NCBI GenBank assembly: GCA_902578495.1
Contig: CACHCY010000001.1
Coordinates: 187,975-251,974, forward strand
DNA: 64,000 nt
Direction: 5' to 3'
Source of the DNA: an uncultured SAR86 cluster bacterium
GTDB taxonomy: Bacteria > Pseudomonadota > Gammaproteobacteria > Magnimaribacterales > AG-339-G14
Part shown: positions 47,870 through 59,618 of the stretch, piece after piece
Position numbering within the stretch: position 1 is the stretch's first letter
Layout of the letters: each line of letters begins with the position of its first letter
Position numbers and translations under genes: made by a program
Notes under the pieces: generated by a model
What the model was told of the DNA's origin: nothing
Seen by the model: the letters and a program-made list of their open reading frames with translations, nothing else
Databases searched by the model: none

Positions 47870-48128
47870 TTTTCCAAGCTTGTTTCCTCTTTTGAGAATT
47901 TTCCAATAATTCAGGTAACTTCAATGATTTAGAATTTAGAAAATTTAATGCACTTTCGTTATCTTCAGTGAAATTATTTAGGTAATAATCCAATGACTTT
48001 AAAAACGGATCATTACCTTTGCTTTCATCACTTTTATCGACTGCCTTTACTTTGTTATCTACAAATATAAAATCCTCAATCAATTCATAAGTTGAGATGC
48101 CCATTTTGTTTAAAATCTCTTTATTCAT
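47859..48128 (-). CDS. hypothetical 89-aa protein, possible minimal DNA polymerase III psi subunit
   Basis: Overlaps rimI by 11 nt, matching the holD-rimI order in E. coli. ILNKMGISTYEL resembles QLQQLGITQWSL, DPFLKSL resembles DPLVSDV, and the C-terminal K/Q/W-rich helix resembles the psi C-terminus. Confidence 0.45.
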   Translation of the reverse strand: MNKEILNKMGISTYELIEDFIFVDNKVKAVDKSDESKGNDPFLKSLDYYLNNFTEDNESALNFLNSKSLKLPELLENSQKRKQAWKNEN

Positions 48129-48176
48129 TTATCATTCATTATGAATAGTATAATAATTTATAAATTGGTTATTTAA

Positions 48177-50806
<2,630 letters not shown>

Positions 50807-51757
50807 TTATTCGATGGCTCCGTAGCTCATAATTTTCTTGTGTCTTTCATTAAGAAGATCCGAAATATTAAGGGACGAACATTTTTCAAGCTGCTCAGAA
50901 ATGTGGCCTGAAAGCACGGAACTCATTTTTTGAATATCTCTGTGAGCACCGCCTAAAGGCTCATCGATGATTTTATCTATCAAACTTAACTCTTTAAGAT
51001 TGGAAGCGTCTAATTTCATTGCTTTTGCGGCATCCTCTGCTTTTGAAGAATCTCTCCAAACAATCGACGCACAAGCCTCTGGAGAAGCCACAGAATAAAT
51101 AGAGTACTCTAACATTGATATATTATCTCCCACTCCAATTGCCAAAGCTCCACCAGAGCCGCCCTCTCCGGTAATAATTACAATAATTGGTGTTTTAAGT
51201 TTGGACATAACACTTAAGTTGTACGCTATGGCTTGTGAATTGCCTCTTTCTTCACTTTCTATGCCAGGATAAGCTCCAGGAGTATCGATAAATGTTATGA
51301 CCGGCATAGAAAAATCTTCTGCAAGCTTCATTAACCTGGCTGCTTTTCTATAACCTTCAGGTTGGGACATACCAAAATTTCTTTCTATCTTATCTTTTGT
51401 GTCCTTACCTTTCTCATGACCGATAAGCATCACAGGTTTTCCTTTGAAAGTAGCGGTTCCTCCAATTATTGCCCTATCATCACCAAAATTTCTATCGCCA
51501 TGATGTTCATCAAAATTATGAAATATTTTTTCTATGTAATCGCTAAAATGTGGCCTGTGGGGATGTCTTGCAACTTGGACTTTTTGCCATATGGAAAGAT
51601 TTGAATATAGCTCCTTGGTTATTTTAATAATTTCTTTATTAAGAGAATCAACTTGGCTTTGAATTACATTCGGCTGATCTTGGCTCGAGCGCAGATCTTC
51701 AATCTTTTTTTCTAAAAGGCTAATTGGTTTTTCAAAATCTAAAAAAGAGTAGGACAT
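50807..51757 (-). CDS. accA: acetyl-CoA carboxylase carboxyltransferase alpha subunit
   Basis: 316 aa. LDFEKPI..LE.KI..L start, ITFIDTPGAYPG, GEGGSGGALA. Confidence 0.95.
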   Translation of the reverse strand: MSYSFLDFEKPISLLEKKIEDLRSSQDQPNVIQSQVDSLNKEIIKITKELYSNLSIWQKVQVARHPHRPHFSDYIEKIFHNFDEHHGDRNFGDDRAIIGGTATFKGKPVMLIGHEKGKDTKDKIERNFGMSQPEGYRKAARLMKLAEDFSMPVITFIDTPGAYPGIESEERGNSQAIAYNLSVMSKLKTPIIVIITGEGGSGGALAIGVGDNISMLEYSIYSVASPEACASIVWRDSSKAEDAAKAMKLDASNLKELSLIDKIIDEPLGGAHRDIQKMSSVLSGHISEQLEKCSSLNISDLLNERHKKIMSYGAIE

Positions 51758-54700
51758 TATCTTCTATGATACATAAGTTCTAAATTATCTCTTCCATAAG
51801 TATTTAAAAGAGCTTTCATGGTATTGTTAGTCAACAAAATTCTCCTATCCTCATCGAATTCTATTTCTGCTTCAGATTTTTTTGAAGTATATTTCAGCTC
51901 AACAGGACAACCAATTGAAGATTCTGTATCAAGGTCATCGAGCAATCTTTTGAAACTCTCAATGTTAGACTTTTTTGATTCAATCAAAGATATTCTTAAT
52001 TTTTCTACCATTCTGATTCTTAAGTTTTCTAAAGTATTGATATTAGTAACTTCAATTTTTTTTGCTAATCCGTACAAAACTTCTCGAGAATTATCTACAG
52101 TAACCTTACCGTCCACAATAAAAATATCTTTGTTATTTAATTCAACCTGCATTGATTGCATTACATCAGAACCCAAAATAATCTCTATTTTTTCAGTTCC
52201 GTCATCTAATGTTGCAAACGTTACCGGACCTCTCCTGCCTTGAATTGTCCTTTTGGTAGTTATAACACCTGCACATCTTTGAATATTCTTATCTTCATTA
52301 AGACTAGAAATCCTATTAGGGCAAATCTGCTCAATTTCCCATTTATATTCATCCATAGGATGACATGAGAAATAAAATCCTAAAGAGTTTAGCTCACCCA
52401 GAGACTTATCAAATTCAATGGTTTTTGCTTTTGTGATGGGAATAACATTAGGTAGTTCAACGTCACCGAATAAATCATCAATACCGCTTTTTTTCTCTTC
52501 AGACACCTGTCTTGCAAACTTCAATGCAGATTCAATATTCACAAACATCTCTTCCCTACTAGATTGAAATGAATCCATTGAGCCAGAAGCGATCAGTGGT
52601 TCTAGGGCTCTTTTTCCTACTTTTTCTGTATCGATGCGACTAGAAAAGTCCGAGAGCGTCTTGAAGTTTCCTTTTAAGGTTCTGTTATCAATTATGCTTT
52701 CGATAGCTGACTTACCAACTCCCTTTATTGCTCCCAATCCATACATAAGTGTTTCATTGTCTATATTCCTGAATTCATAAAAACTTGTATTAATATCAGG
52801 CGGCAAAACTTTAAGGCCCAAAAGCTTGCAGTCATCAAGAAGCATCTGAATCTTATCAGTATCGTCCATTTCTGAACTTAAAACAGCAGACATAAACTCT
52901 GCTGGATAGTGTGCTTTTAACCATGCTGTTTGATAAGAAATAAAGGCATAAGCTGCAGAATGAGATCTATTAAAACCATAGCCAGCAAATTTTTCAATTT
53001 GATCAAATAATCCTTCTGCAAATCTTTTATTTTTTCCTTTTTCTGTTGCGCCTGTTATAAAGGGTTCTTTTTGTTCTTCCATCTCAGAAGCTATTTTCTT
53101 TCCCATTGCTCTTCTAAGGATATCTGCCTCACCAAGAGTAAAACCGGAGAATTCCTGAGCCAATTGCATAACTTGTTCTTGATAAACAATCACACCGTGA
53201 GTTTTATCTAGTATTTTTTCAACTGATTCGTCTCCATATGAGAATTCTTCTCTTCCGTGCTTTCTTTCAATATAAGTTTCAACCATGTTCATTTCTAACG
53301 GGCCAGGCCTATATAAGGCAATCAAGGTAATAATATCTTCAAAGTTATTCGGTTTTAGCTTTACTATGTATTCTTTAATACCCCGTGATTCCAGTTGGAA
53401 AACAGCAGTAGTTAAGCCTTTTTGGAGCAGTTGATACGTCTTTGAATCATCGAGAGGAAGATCATCTAAATTAATTGGTTCGAGTTTTAATATCTGCCTG
53501 TTCAGATTAATTAGCTTCAGGGCATTTTTCATTATTGTTAAAGTTTTAAGACCTAAGAAATCGAATTTTTGCAATCCAACAAGTTCAATATCTTTCATAT
53601 CATATTGAGTCGATACTGCACCGGTTTCCTCATCTAGGTAGAGAGCAGAAAAATCTGTTATTTTTGATGGAGCCATGACAACGCCAGCAGCATGCTTTCC
53701 CACATTCCTTGATAAGCCTTCAAGTTTCTGTGACATCTCAATAATTTCTTCTGCATCTTCATCATTTTTAATTGCTTGTTTTAATTCTTTATTTTGCAAT
53801 GCAGTTTTTAGTGTCATATCAGGATGAAAAGGGATTAATTTAGCGAGACGATCTGCTAGGCTATAAGATTTTCCTTGAGCTCTTGCCACATCTCTTACAA
53901 CTGCTCTAGCAGCCATAGTGCCTAGTGTGCTTATTTGAGCGACAGAATCTTGACCGTATTTATTTGTGACGTATTCAATTACTTTTTCTCTACCATCCTT
54001 ACAAAAATCTATATCAAAATCTGGATTGCTAATTCGGTCTGGATTAAGAAATCTTTCAAACAACAGATCATATTTGATTGGATCTAATCCTGTTATTCCT
54101 ATGGCATATGCAACTAATGATCCAGCTCCGGATCCCCTTCCTGGGCCAACAGGAACATCATTCTCTTTAGCCCAGTTAACAAAGTCTGCAACAATTAAAA
54201 AGTAACCTGAATATCCCATCTTTTGAATTACACTTAATTCAAAATCTAGTCTTGAAAAATAATCTTCCTTAACTTCGTCGCCAAAAATTTTATGCAGGCC
54301 TTCGATAGATATTTTTTTTAAGTAATCATCTTCTGTTTCACCGTTAGGTGTTTCAAAGTCAGGAAGAATGTATTTGCCTAGCTCGATTACAAGGTTGCAT
54401 TTTTGAGAAATCAAATAAGAATTTTCTAGAGCTTCTGGTATATCCTCAAATAACTCAAACATTTCATCTGTAGATTTGAAATATTGAGTTGATAAGTAAT
54501 TCTTTTTTCTTGCAGGATCACTTAGAACATTTCCATTTTGAATGCATACCCTAGTTTCATGAGCTTCAAATTCTTCCTCTTCCATGAATCTAACCTGGTT
54601 AGTTGCTACAAGAGGTATTTTTGCTTTGGCCGCCATTGTTGAAACAATATTTATATAATCTTCTTCCCTTTCCCTTCCTAGCCTTGAAATCTCAATAAAG

Positions 54701-55194
54701 AAGTCCTCATTAAATATTTTTTTAAAAAAGTCTATTCTTGCTTCGGCTAGCTCAAAATTATTTTTTAGAATTGCATCAGCGATGTGTCCTTCCATATCTC
54801 CGGATAATAAAATTAATCCTTCATTTAAATCTTTAAGCCACTCCAACTTAAGATGAGGTATCGATCTAATTCTTCCTTCTATATGAGATTGTGAAACTAA
54901 CTTTGTAAGGTTTCTGTAACCTTCAAAATTTTTTGCATAAAGAGTTAATTTGCCAGACTCAGAATTATCGCTAATATCTTTCACTGAATTAAAACTCACC
55001 CCACAAATTGGCTTGATGCCTTTGTCGCGCATTTCTTTATAAAATTTTACAAATCCAAATAAATTCGAATCATCAGTTATTGCAATAGATTCAAAATTTA
55101 AATCTTTTGCTCTGCTTGAAAGCTCATCTAATCTCACTAAGCCGTCAGAAATTGAGTATTGAGAATGTATATTTAAGTGTGAAAATTTATTCAT
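51757..55194 (-). CDS. dnaE: DNA polymerase III alpha subunit
   Basis: 1145 aa. PHP domain (HLNIHSQYS), GPGRGSGAGSLVAY, polymerase core and OB fold. Confidence 0.97.
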   Translation of the reverse strand: MNKFSHLNIHSQYSISDGLVRLDELSSRAKDLNFESIAITDDSNLFGFVKFYKEMRDKGIKPICGVSFNSVKDISDNSESGKLTLYAKNFEGYRNLTKLVSQSHIEGRIRSIPHLKLEWLKDLNEGLILLSGDMEGHIADAILKNNFELAEARIDFFKKIFNEDFFIEISRLGREREEDYINIVSTMAAKAKIPLVATNQVRFMEEEEFEAHETRVCIQNGNVLSDPARKKNYLSTQYFKSTDEMFELFEDIPEALENSYLISQKCNLVIELGKYILPDFETPNGETEDDYLKKISIEGLHKIFGDEVKEDYFSRLDFELSVIQKMGYSGYFLIVADFVNWAKENDVPVGPGRGSGAGSLVAYAIGITGLDPIKYDLLFERFLNPDRISNPDFDIDFCKDGREKVIEYVTNKYGQDSVAQISTLGTMAARAVVRDVARAQGKSYSLADRLAKLIPFHPDMTLKTALQNKELKQAIKNDEDAEEIIEMSQKLEGLSRNVGKHAAGVVMAPSKITDFSALYLDEETGAVSTQYDMKDIELVGLQKFDFLGLKTLTIMKNALKLINLNRQILKLEPINLDDLPLDDSKTYQLLQKGLTTAVFQLESRGIKEYIVKLKPNNFEDIITLIALYRPGPLEMNMVETYIERKHGREEFSYGDESVEKILDKTHGVIVYQEQVMQLAQEFSGFTLGEADILRRAMGKKIASEMEEQKEPFITGATEKGKNKRFAEGLFDQIEKFAGYGFNRSHSAAYAFISYQTAWLKAHYPAEFMSAVLSSEMDDTDKIQMLLDDCKLLGLKVLPPDINTSFYEFRNIDNETLMYGLGAIKGVGKSAIESIIDNRTLKGNFKTLSDFSSRIDTEKVGKRALEPLIASGSMDSFQSSREEMFVNIESALKFARQVSEEKKSGIDDLFGDVELPNVIPITKAKTIEFDKSLGELNSLGFYFSCHPMDEYKWEIEQICPNRISSLNEDKNIQRCAGVITTKRTIQGRRGPVTFATLDDGTEKIEIILGSDVMQSMQVELNNKDIFIVDGKVTVDNSREVLYGLAKKIEVTNINTLENLRIRMVEKLRISLIESKKSNIESFKRLLDDLDTESSIGCPVELKYTSKKSEAEIEFDEDRRILLTNNTMKALLNTYGRDNLELMYHRR

Positions 55195-55744
55195 TTAGAA
55201 ATTGCTTAATTGGTTTGAAAGATTTTCTATGAATATTTGTGACTCCATATTTCTTAATCATACTCTTATGAAGTTTGGTTGAATAACCTTTATGTTTGTC
55301 AAAAAAATAACCTTTAAATTTATTTTCTAGCTCTCTCATGTATTCATCTCTATAGACTTTTGCAATTATAGAAGCGGCCATTACTTCCCTAATTTTAGTA
55401 TCTGCTTTGATTATAAATTCTACAGATTTATCATTAAAGAAATTATCGTTTCCATCAATAATTATTTTTGAGAAAGGTTTTTTTACTTTACTTATTGCCC
55501 TTATCATTGAAAGCTTGGTAGCTTCCCGGATATTATATTTATCTATTTCCTCTACAGAAGATAAACCAATAGACCACTCAAGAGATAGTTCCTTAATTTG
55601 ATTAGAATATTCTTTACGTTTTTTTTCTGAAAGATCTTTAGAGTCCTTAAGCCCAAAGATTTTATTTTCTTCTAAAATAACCGCAGCAGACACAACCGGA
55701 CCAGCAATGGATCCTCTTCCAACTTCGTCTACTCCAAGAATCAT
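55187..55744 (-). CDS. rnhB: ribonuclease HII
   Basis: 185 aa. GVDEVGRGSIAGPVV and DSK.LS motifs. Confidence 0.93.
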   Translation of the reverse strand: MILGVDEVGRGSIAGPVVSAAVILEENKIFGLKDSKDLSEKKRKEYSNQIKELSLEWSIGLSSVEEIDKYNIREATKLSMIRAISKVKKPFSKIIIDGNDNFFNDKSVEFIIKADTKIREVMAASIIAKVYRDEYMRELENKFKGYFFDKHKGYSTKLHKSMIKKYGVTNIHRKSFKPIKQFLNE

Positions 55745-56856
55745 ACTAAATCAAAAAGACAGTTAAATTTATCTTCTTGATTTACTTTCAAAGAATTATG
55801 AATCTTATGGAATTTGCTTTTTATCCGATCTAGGCTTGTTGCCTCACTCATATTAAGCAGCTCTTTTTCTATTTGATCGGCATTTACAAAACCTTGTCTC
55901 AATTCTGGGATTAATTTCTCCTCTGCAAGAATGTTTGGAAGTGAAATGTATTTTGTTTTTAAAAATTGATTTAAAAGAAAGTTATTAAAAAAATTTGTTT
56001 TGTAGCAAACTACTGGAGGAGCCTGATTTAAAAGACACTCAAGAGCAGCAGTGCCAGACACACTAACTGCTAAATCAGTCGCGGCAAGAACTGAATCTGT
56101 CTTATCGATAAATATTTTGTAAGTTTTTGATTTTAAATTACTTAAATTTCTAGAAATTTCGTTTTCATCTTTAAAGGGGATTAAAAATTGATAATCTTCT
56201 TTTTTACTCAGAGAATTAATCGTTTCAATCATCGCGGGTAAATGAGCTTTGATTTCAGATTTTCTGCTACCAGGTAAAAAAGAAAGTGTTTTGAGATCAG
56301 GATCTAAGTCTAATTCCAATTTATATTTTAATTTATCAATATTAGTTGAAATGCGAGATGCTTTAGGGTGACCTACAAAAACTGAATTAACGCTGAAATT
56401 TTGAAGAAAACTTTTTTCAAAAGGGAATAAATTCAAAACAAGATCTAAAAAATCATTAAATTTTTTTGCTCTGTTAGATCTCCACGCCCAAACTTGAGGA
56501 CAAACGTACTGTACTGTTTTGATATTGAGCTTTTTTTTTAAAATTCGTGAAATTCCTAAATTTAATGATGGGCTGTCTATTCCTATAAAAATATCTATTT
56601 TTTTATCTATGAGGTGATTAATTAGCTCGTTTCTCTTTTTAAGAATTCTATTGATTTTAAAGATTGGATCAATCAACCCCATTACTTGAAGTTCTTCATT
56701 TGAATCAAATGAATTAAAACCTTCTTTTTTCATTTCAGATCCACCAAGGCCAAAAAACTCTATTAATGGATCTTTAGATTTAAGGTTTCTAATTAAGTCT
56801 GAACCGAGAATATCTCCAGATGACTCTGTGGCACATAACCCCACTTTTAATGGCAT
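55741..56856 (-). CDS. lpxB: lipid-A-disaccharide synthase
   Basis: 371 aa. Position and length match. GE.SGD..G..L start-region pattern (CATESSGDILGSDL). Confidence 0.9.
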   Translation of the reverse strand: MPLKVGLCATESSGDILGSDLIRNLKSKDPLIEFFGLGGSEMKKEGFNSFDSNEELQVMGLIDPIFKINRILKKRNELINHLIDKKIDIFIGIDSPSLNLGISRILKKKLNIKTVQYVCPQVWAWRSNRAKKFNDFLDLVLNLFPFEKSFLQNFSVNSVFVGHPKASRISTNIDKLKYKLELDLDPDLKTLSFLPGSRKSEIKAHLPAMIETINSLSKKEDYQFLIPFKDENEISRNLSNLKSKTYKIFIDKTDSVLAATDLAVSVSGTAALECLLNQAPPVVCYKTNFFNNFLLNQFLKTKYISLPNILAEEKLIPELRQGFVNADQIEKELLNMSEATSLDRIKSKFHKIHNSLKVNQEDKFNCLFDLV

Positions 56857-57626
56857 TAGCGAACAATTCCTCGATCAGAACTTTGGATTGAATCAAGAAA
56901 AAGTTTTCCTTCATCAAAATCATATACTTCTTTTTCAATCTCAGAGATGGCTTGATCGAGTTTAAGTTTTCTTAAATATACGAGCTTATAGAATTTTTTT
57001 AACAGAGATGAATGTTCTTTTCCAAGATCTAATCTTTGAATTCCAATTACATTCAGTCCTCTTGGTATGGCAGGATTTCCACTAACTCTTACAAAGGCAG
57101 GAATATCTTTTGAAACTGCAGACCCCATTGCACAAAAACTATATGGGCCAATATTGCAAAATTGATGAACTAAAGTATAACCACCTAACCTTGCTCCTTT
57201 TGCAATATTTACAACTCCAGCTAAAGCAACATTATTAACTAAAACAATATCATCATCTAAAGCGCAATCATGAGCCACATGAGAATAAGCCATAAAGAGA
57301 TTATTATTTCCAATTGTTGTTAAACCTTTCTCTTGGGCAGTCCCTCTATTTATAGTAACTCCCTCTCGTATTTGGTTGTTGTTACCAATCTTGAGGAAAG
57401 TTTCTTCGTCTTCGTATTTTAAATCTTGAGGATCTCCTCCAATGCTTGCAAAAGGATATATATGGTTGTTTTTTCCAAGCTTTGAATTTTTATGAATGAC
57501 TACATTCGATTCAATTATAGTTCCTGAACCAATCTCTACATCTTTACCAATAGATGAATACGCACCAACGGAGGCATTTTTAGCAATTTTTGCTGAGGTA
57601 TCAATTATTGCAGTTTCATGAATCAT
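56856..57626 (-). CDS. lpxA: acyl-ACP--UDP-N-acetylglucosamine O-acyltransferase
   Basis: The canonical start MIHETAIIDTSAKIA is at 57626 (ATGA overlap with fabZ). Hexapeptide repeats. The track start at 57662 is an extension into fabZ. Confidence 0.93.
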   Translation of the reverse strand: MIHETAIIDTSAKIAKNASVGAYSSIGKDVEIGSGTIIESNVVIHKNSKLGKNNHIYPFASIGGDPQDLKYEDEETFLKIGNNNQIREGVTINRGTAQEKGLTTIGNNNLFMAYSHVAHDCALDDDIVLVNNVALAGVVNIAKGARLGGYTLVHQFCNIGPYSFCAMGSAVSKDIPAFVRVSGNPAIPRGLNVIGIQRLDLGKEHSSLLKKFYKLVYLRKLKLDQAISEIEKEVYDFDEGKLFLDSIQSSDRGIVR

Positions 57627-58060
57627 TTTGGTCTGTCTGCACATAAAATCGTAGCAGAACAAACTAAATTCTCTTCCAATGATGCCTTGCAGTCAAACTT
57701 CCATATGCCGCGCCTATCCTGAATTTTCTTAGATTCTAATGTCAATATACTTGGAGGAACTACTGGAGATCTAAAACGAACATTATCAGCTCCAACAAAG
57801 TAGTAAATTGAACCCTCTTCAGGGGTCTTATTCATGGTAACAAAACCTAAAATTCCTGATACTTGAGCTAATGCCTCAATAATTATTACTCCAGGAAGTA
57901 TAGGGTTATCAGGAAAATGACCTTTAAAATAATACTCCTCTTCTTTAACCTCTTTGAAACCTTTTATATATTCATCTTTAATTATTTCTGTCACCCCATC
58001 AACAAATAAGAAAGGTTCTCTATGAGGTAAATATCTTTTTATATCTTGCTTTTCAATCAT
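57623..58060 (-). CDS. fabZ: 3-hydroxyacyl-ACP dehydratase FabZ
   Basis: 145 aa. LPHREPFLFVD, HFP..PILPGV, EALAQ. Confidence 0.95.
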   Translation of the reverse strand: MIEKQDIKRYLPHREPFLFVDGVTEIIKDEYIKGFKEVKEEEYYFKGHFPDNPILPGVIIIEALAQVSGILGFVTMNKTPEEGSIYYFVGADNVRFRSPVVPPSILTLESKKIQDRRGIWKFDCKASLEENLVCSATILCADRPK

Positions 58061-59001
58061 TAATCTTTTTTTGATAACTTTTTATAAGTTGCTGAGGCTT
58101 TCAACCATTCTCCTCTAGGCATCAACGGTGCAGAACCTGAGTATTTTCCTGCTTTATTAATTGATTTAAATATGAATGAAACTGGAGACACTATTACCCC
58201 ATCTGCGATAATTAGATTGTCAGCTACTCCACAAAGTCCGCCTATCATGCAATTGTTTCCAATGATTGTGCTTCCTCCAATTGTTGCATTTGCTCCCATT
58301 ATTGTTGCTTTTCCAATTATGCAGTTATGTGCAATATGAACTTGATCATCTAACTTCACATTTTCACCAATGATTGTGTCATCAAGCACGCCTCTGTCGA
58401 TAGTGCAATTAGATCCTATCTCGACATCATTGTTTATCACCACTTTCCCTAAATGATTTATTTTTTTCCATCGATCATTTTCGTCCTTAGCAAAACCAAG
58501 TCCATCTGAGCCAATGACTGTTCCTGAATGAATTATACAATTCTCTCCAATTGAAACATTTGAAAGTACAGTTACATTGGGTAATAAAATAGAACCCTTA
58601 CCTATCTCGACGTTTTTTTCTATCACGCAACCAGGCCCAACATAAACATCATCTGAAATTACGGCTTCTTTATTAATAAATGCTTCCTTAGATAAACCTT
58701 TTTCTTCAGACATAAAAGTTGATTCAGCAAATAAGTCAGTTGCTTTGGCATATGCAAGATGAACGTTATCTATTATTAATTTATTTCCTTTAAAGTATTT
58801 TGAGTTCGCAGTATCTGTAATAACAGCACCTGCGTTGGTTTTTGAGAGGTCTTCTTTGAACTTATTACTGTAAAAAAATGAAATATCTTTATCAGATGCC
58901 GAAGCCAGAGATTTCATGGATGATATCTCAATATCATCTCCATCCAATGAAGCGCCGATATATTTTGCTATGTAACTAAGCTTATAGGCCTTTGAGGACA
59001 A
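58060..59001 (-). CDS. lpxD: UDP-3-O-acylglucosamine N-acyltransferase
   Basis: 313 aa. Left-handed beta-helix hexapeptide repeats. Position between skp and fabZ. Confidence 0.93.
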   Translation of the reverse strand: MSSKAYKLSYIAKYIGASLDGDDIEISSMKSLASASDKDISFFYSNKFKEDLSKTNAGAVITDTANSKYFKGNKLIIDNVHLAYAKATDLFAESTFMSEEKGLSKEAFINKEAVISDDVYVGPGCVIEKNVEIGKGSILLPNVTVLSNVSIGENCIIHSGTVIGSDGLGFAKDENDRWKKINHLGKVVINNDVEIGSNCTIDRGVLDDTIIGENVKLDDQVHIAHNCIIGKATIMGANATIGGSTIIGNNCMIGGLCGVADNLIIADGVIVSPVSFIFKSINKAGKYSGSAPLMPRGEWLKASATYKKLSKKD

Positions 59002-59010
59002 AATTTAATC

Positions 59011-59541
59011 TTATTCTTCGCTTTTTTGATTTATAAGCTCAATTACTTCAGGAGTAATGTTTATCAGCGGATTAGTTCCCTCAAATGCTGCTAAAGCCTC
59101 TCTTCTAAATAATAGCTTGATTTTTTTGGCAATAATAAGCTCATTTACCACTTTTTGAACTGTTTCTGCTTGTTCGGCTTGTAATTTTTGACCTAATTCT
59201 TGCTCGAGTGCTCCTCTCTTTTGAGCTAAAAACTGCAAATCTTGTGTTAACGATTGAATCTTTTTATAAAGATCAGCTTTTTCAGATTCTGACATTGTGG
59301 GTCCATCTTTTTCGAGCTTATCTGCAGCATCCTTTCTTTCTCCATCTTTTAAGGCAATATCATCCGTGATTTCTTTGTATTCATCAGACTCTTGAAGTTC
59401 TTCAAAGGCCTGTCTTGCTACATCAGTTCCAAAAAAGATTGCTTGATAGTCTATAACTGCCATTCCATCGGTATTCGCTAGTAAAGTGCTACCAAAAAAA
59501 AGTTGAGAAACTAAAATTAAAGCGGAAGTAATTTTTTTCAT
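59011..59541 (-). CDS. skp: periplasmic chaperone Skp (OmpH)
   Basis: 176 aa. Signal peptide and a Gln/Glu/Lys-rich coiled-coil body. Position between bamA and lpxD. Confidence 0.8.
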   Translation of the reverse strand: MKKITSALILVSQLFFGSTLLANTDGMAVIDYQAIFFGTDVARQAFEELQESDEYKEITDDIALKDGERKDAADKLEKDGPTMSESEKADLYKKIQSLTQDLQFLAQKRGALEQELGQKLQAEQAETVQKVVNELIIAKKIKLLFRREALAAFEGTNPLINITPEVIELINQKSEE

Positions 59542-59618
59542 AATATGCCTTATATATTAATTTTATAAATTTGACGGCAAGTTTACATGATTGCGGGGCA
59601 AATTATCCAATAAATATT

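Noticed and set aside
59571-59605. Small palindromes (TTGC-GGG-GCAA, GCAA..TTGC) in the bamA-skp spacer as a terminator or operator.
   Set aside because: The stems are only 4 bp, there is no U-tract, and their expected stability is negligible.
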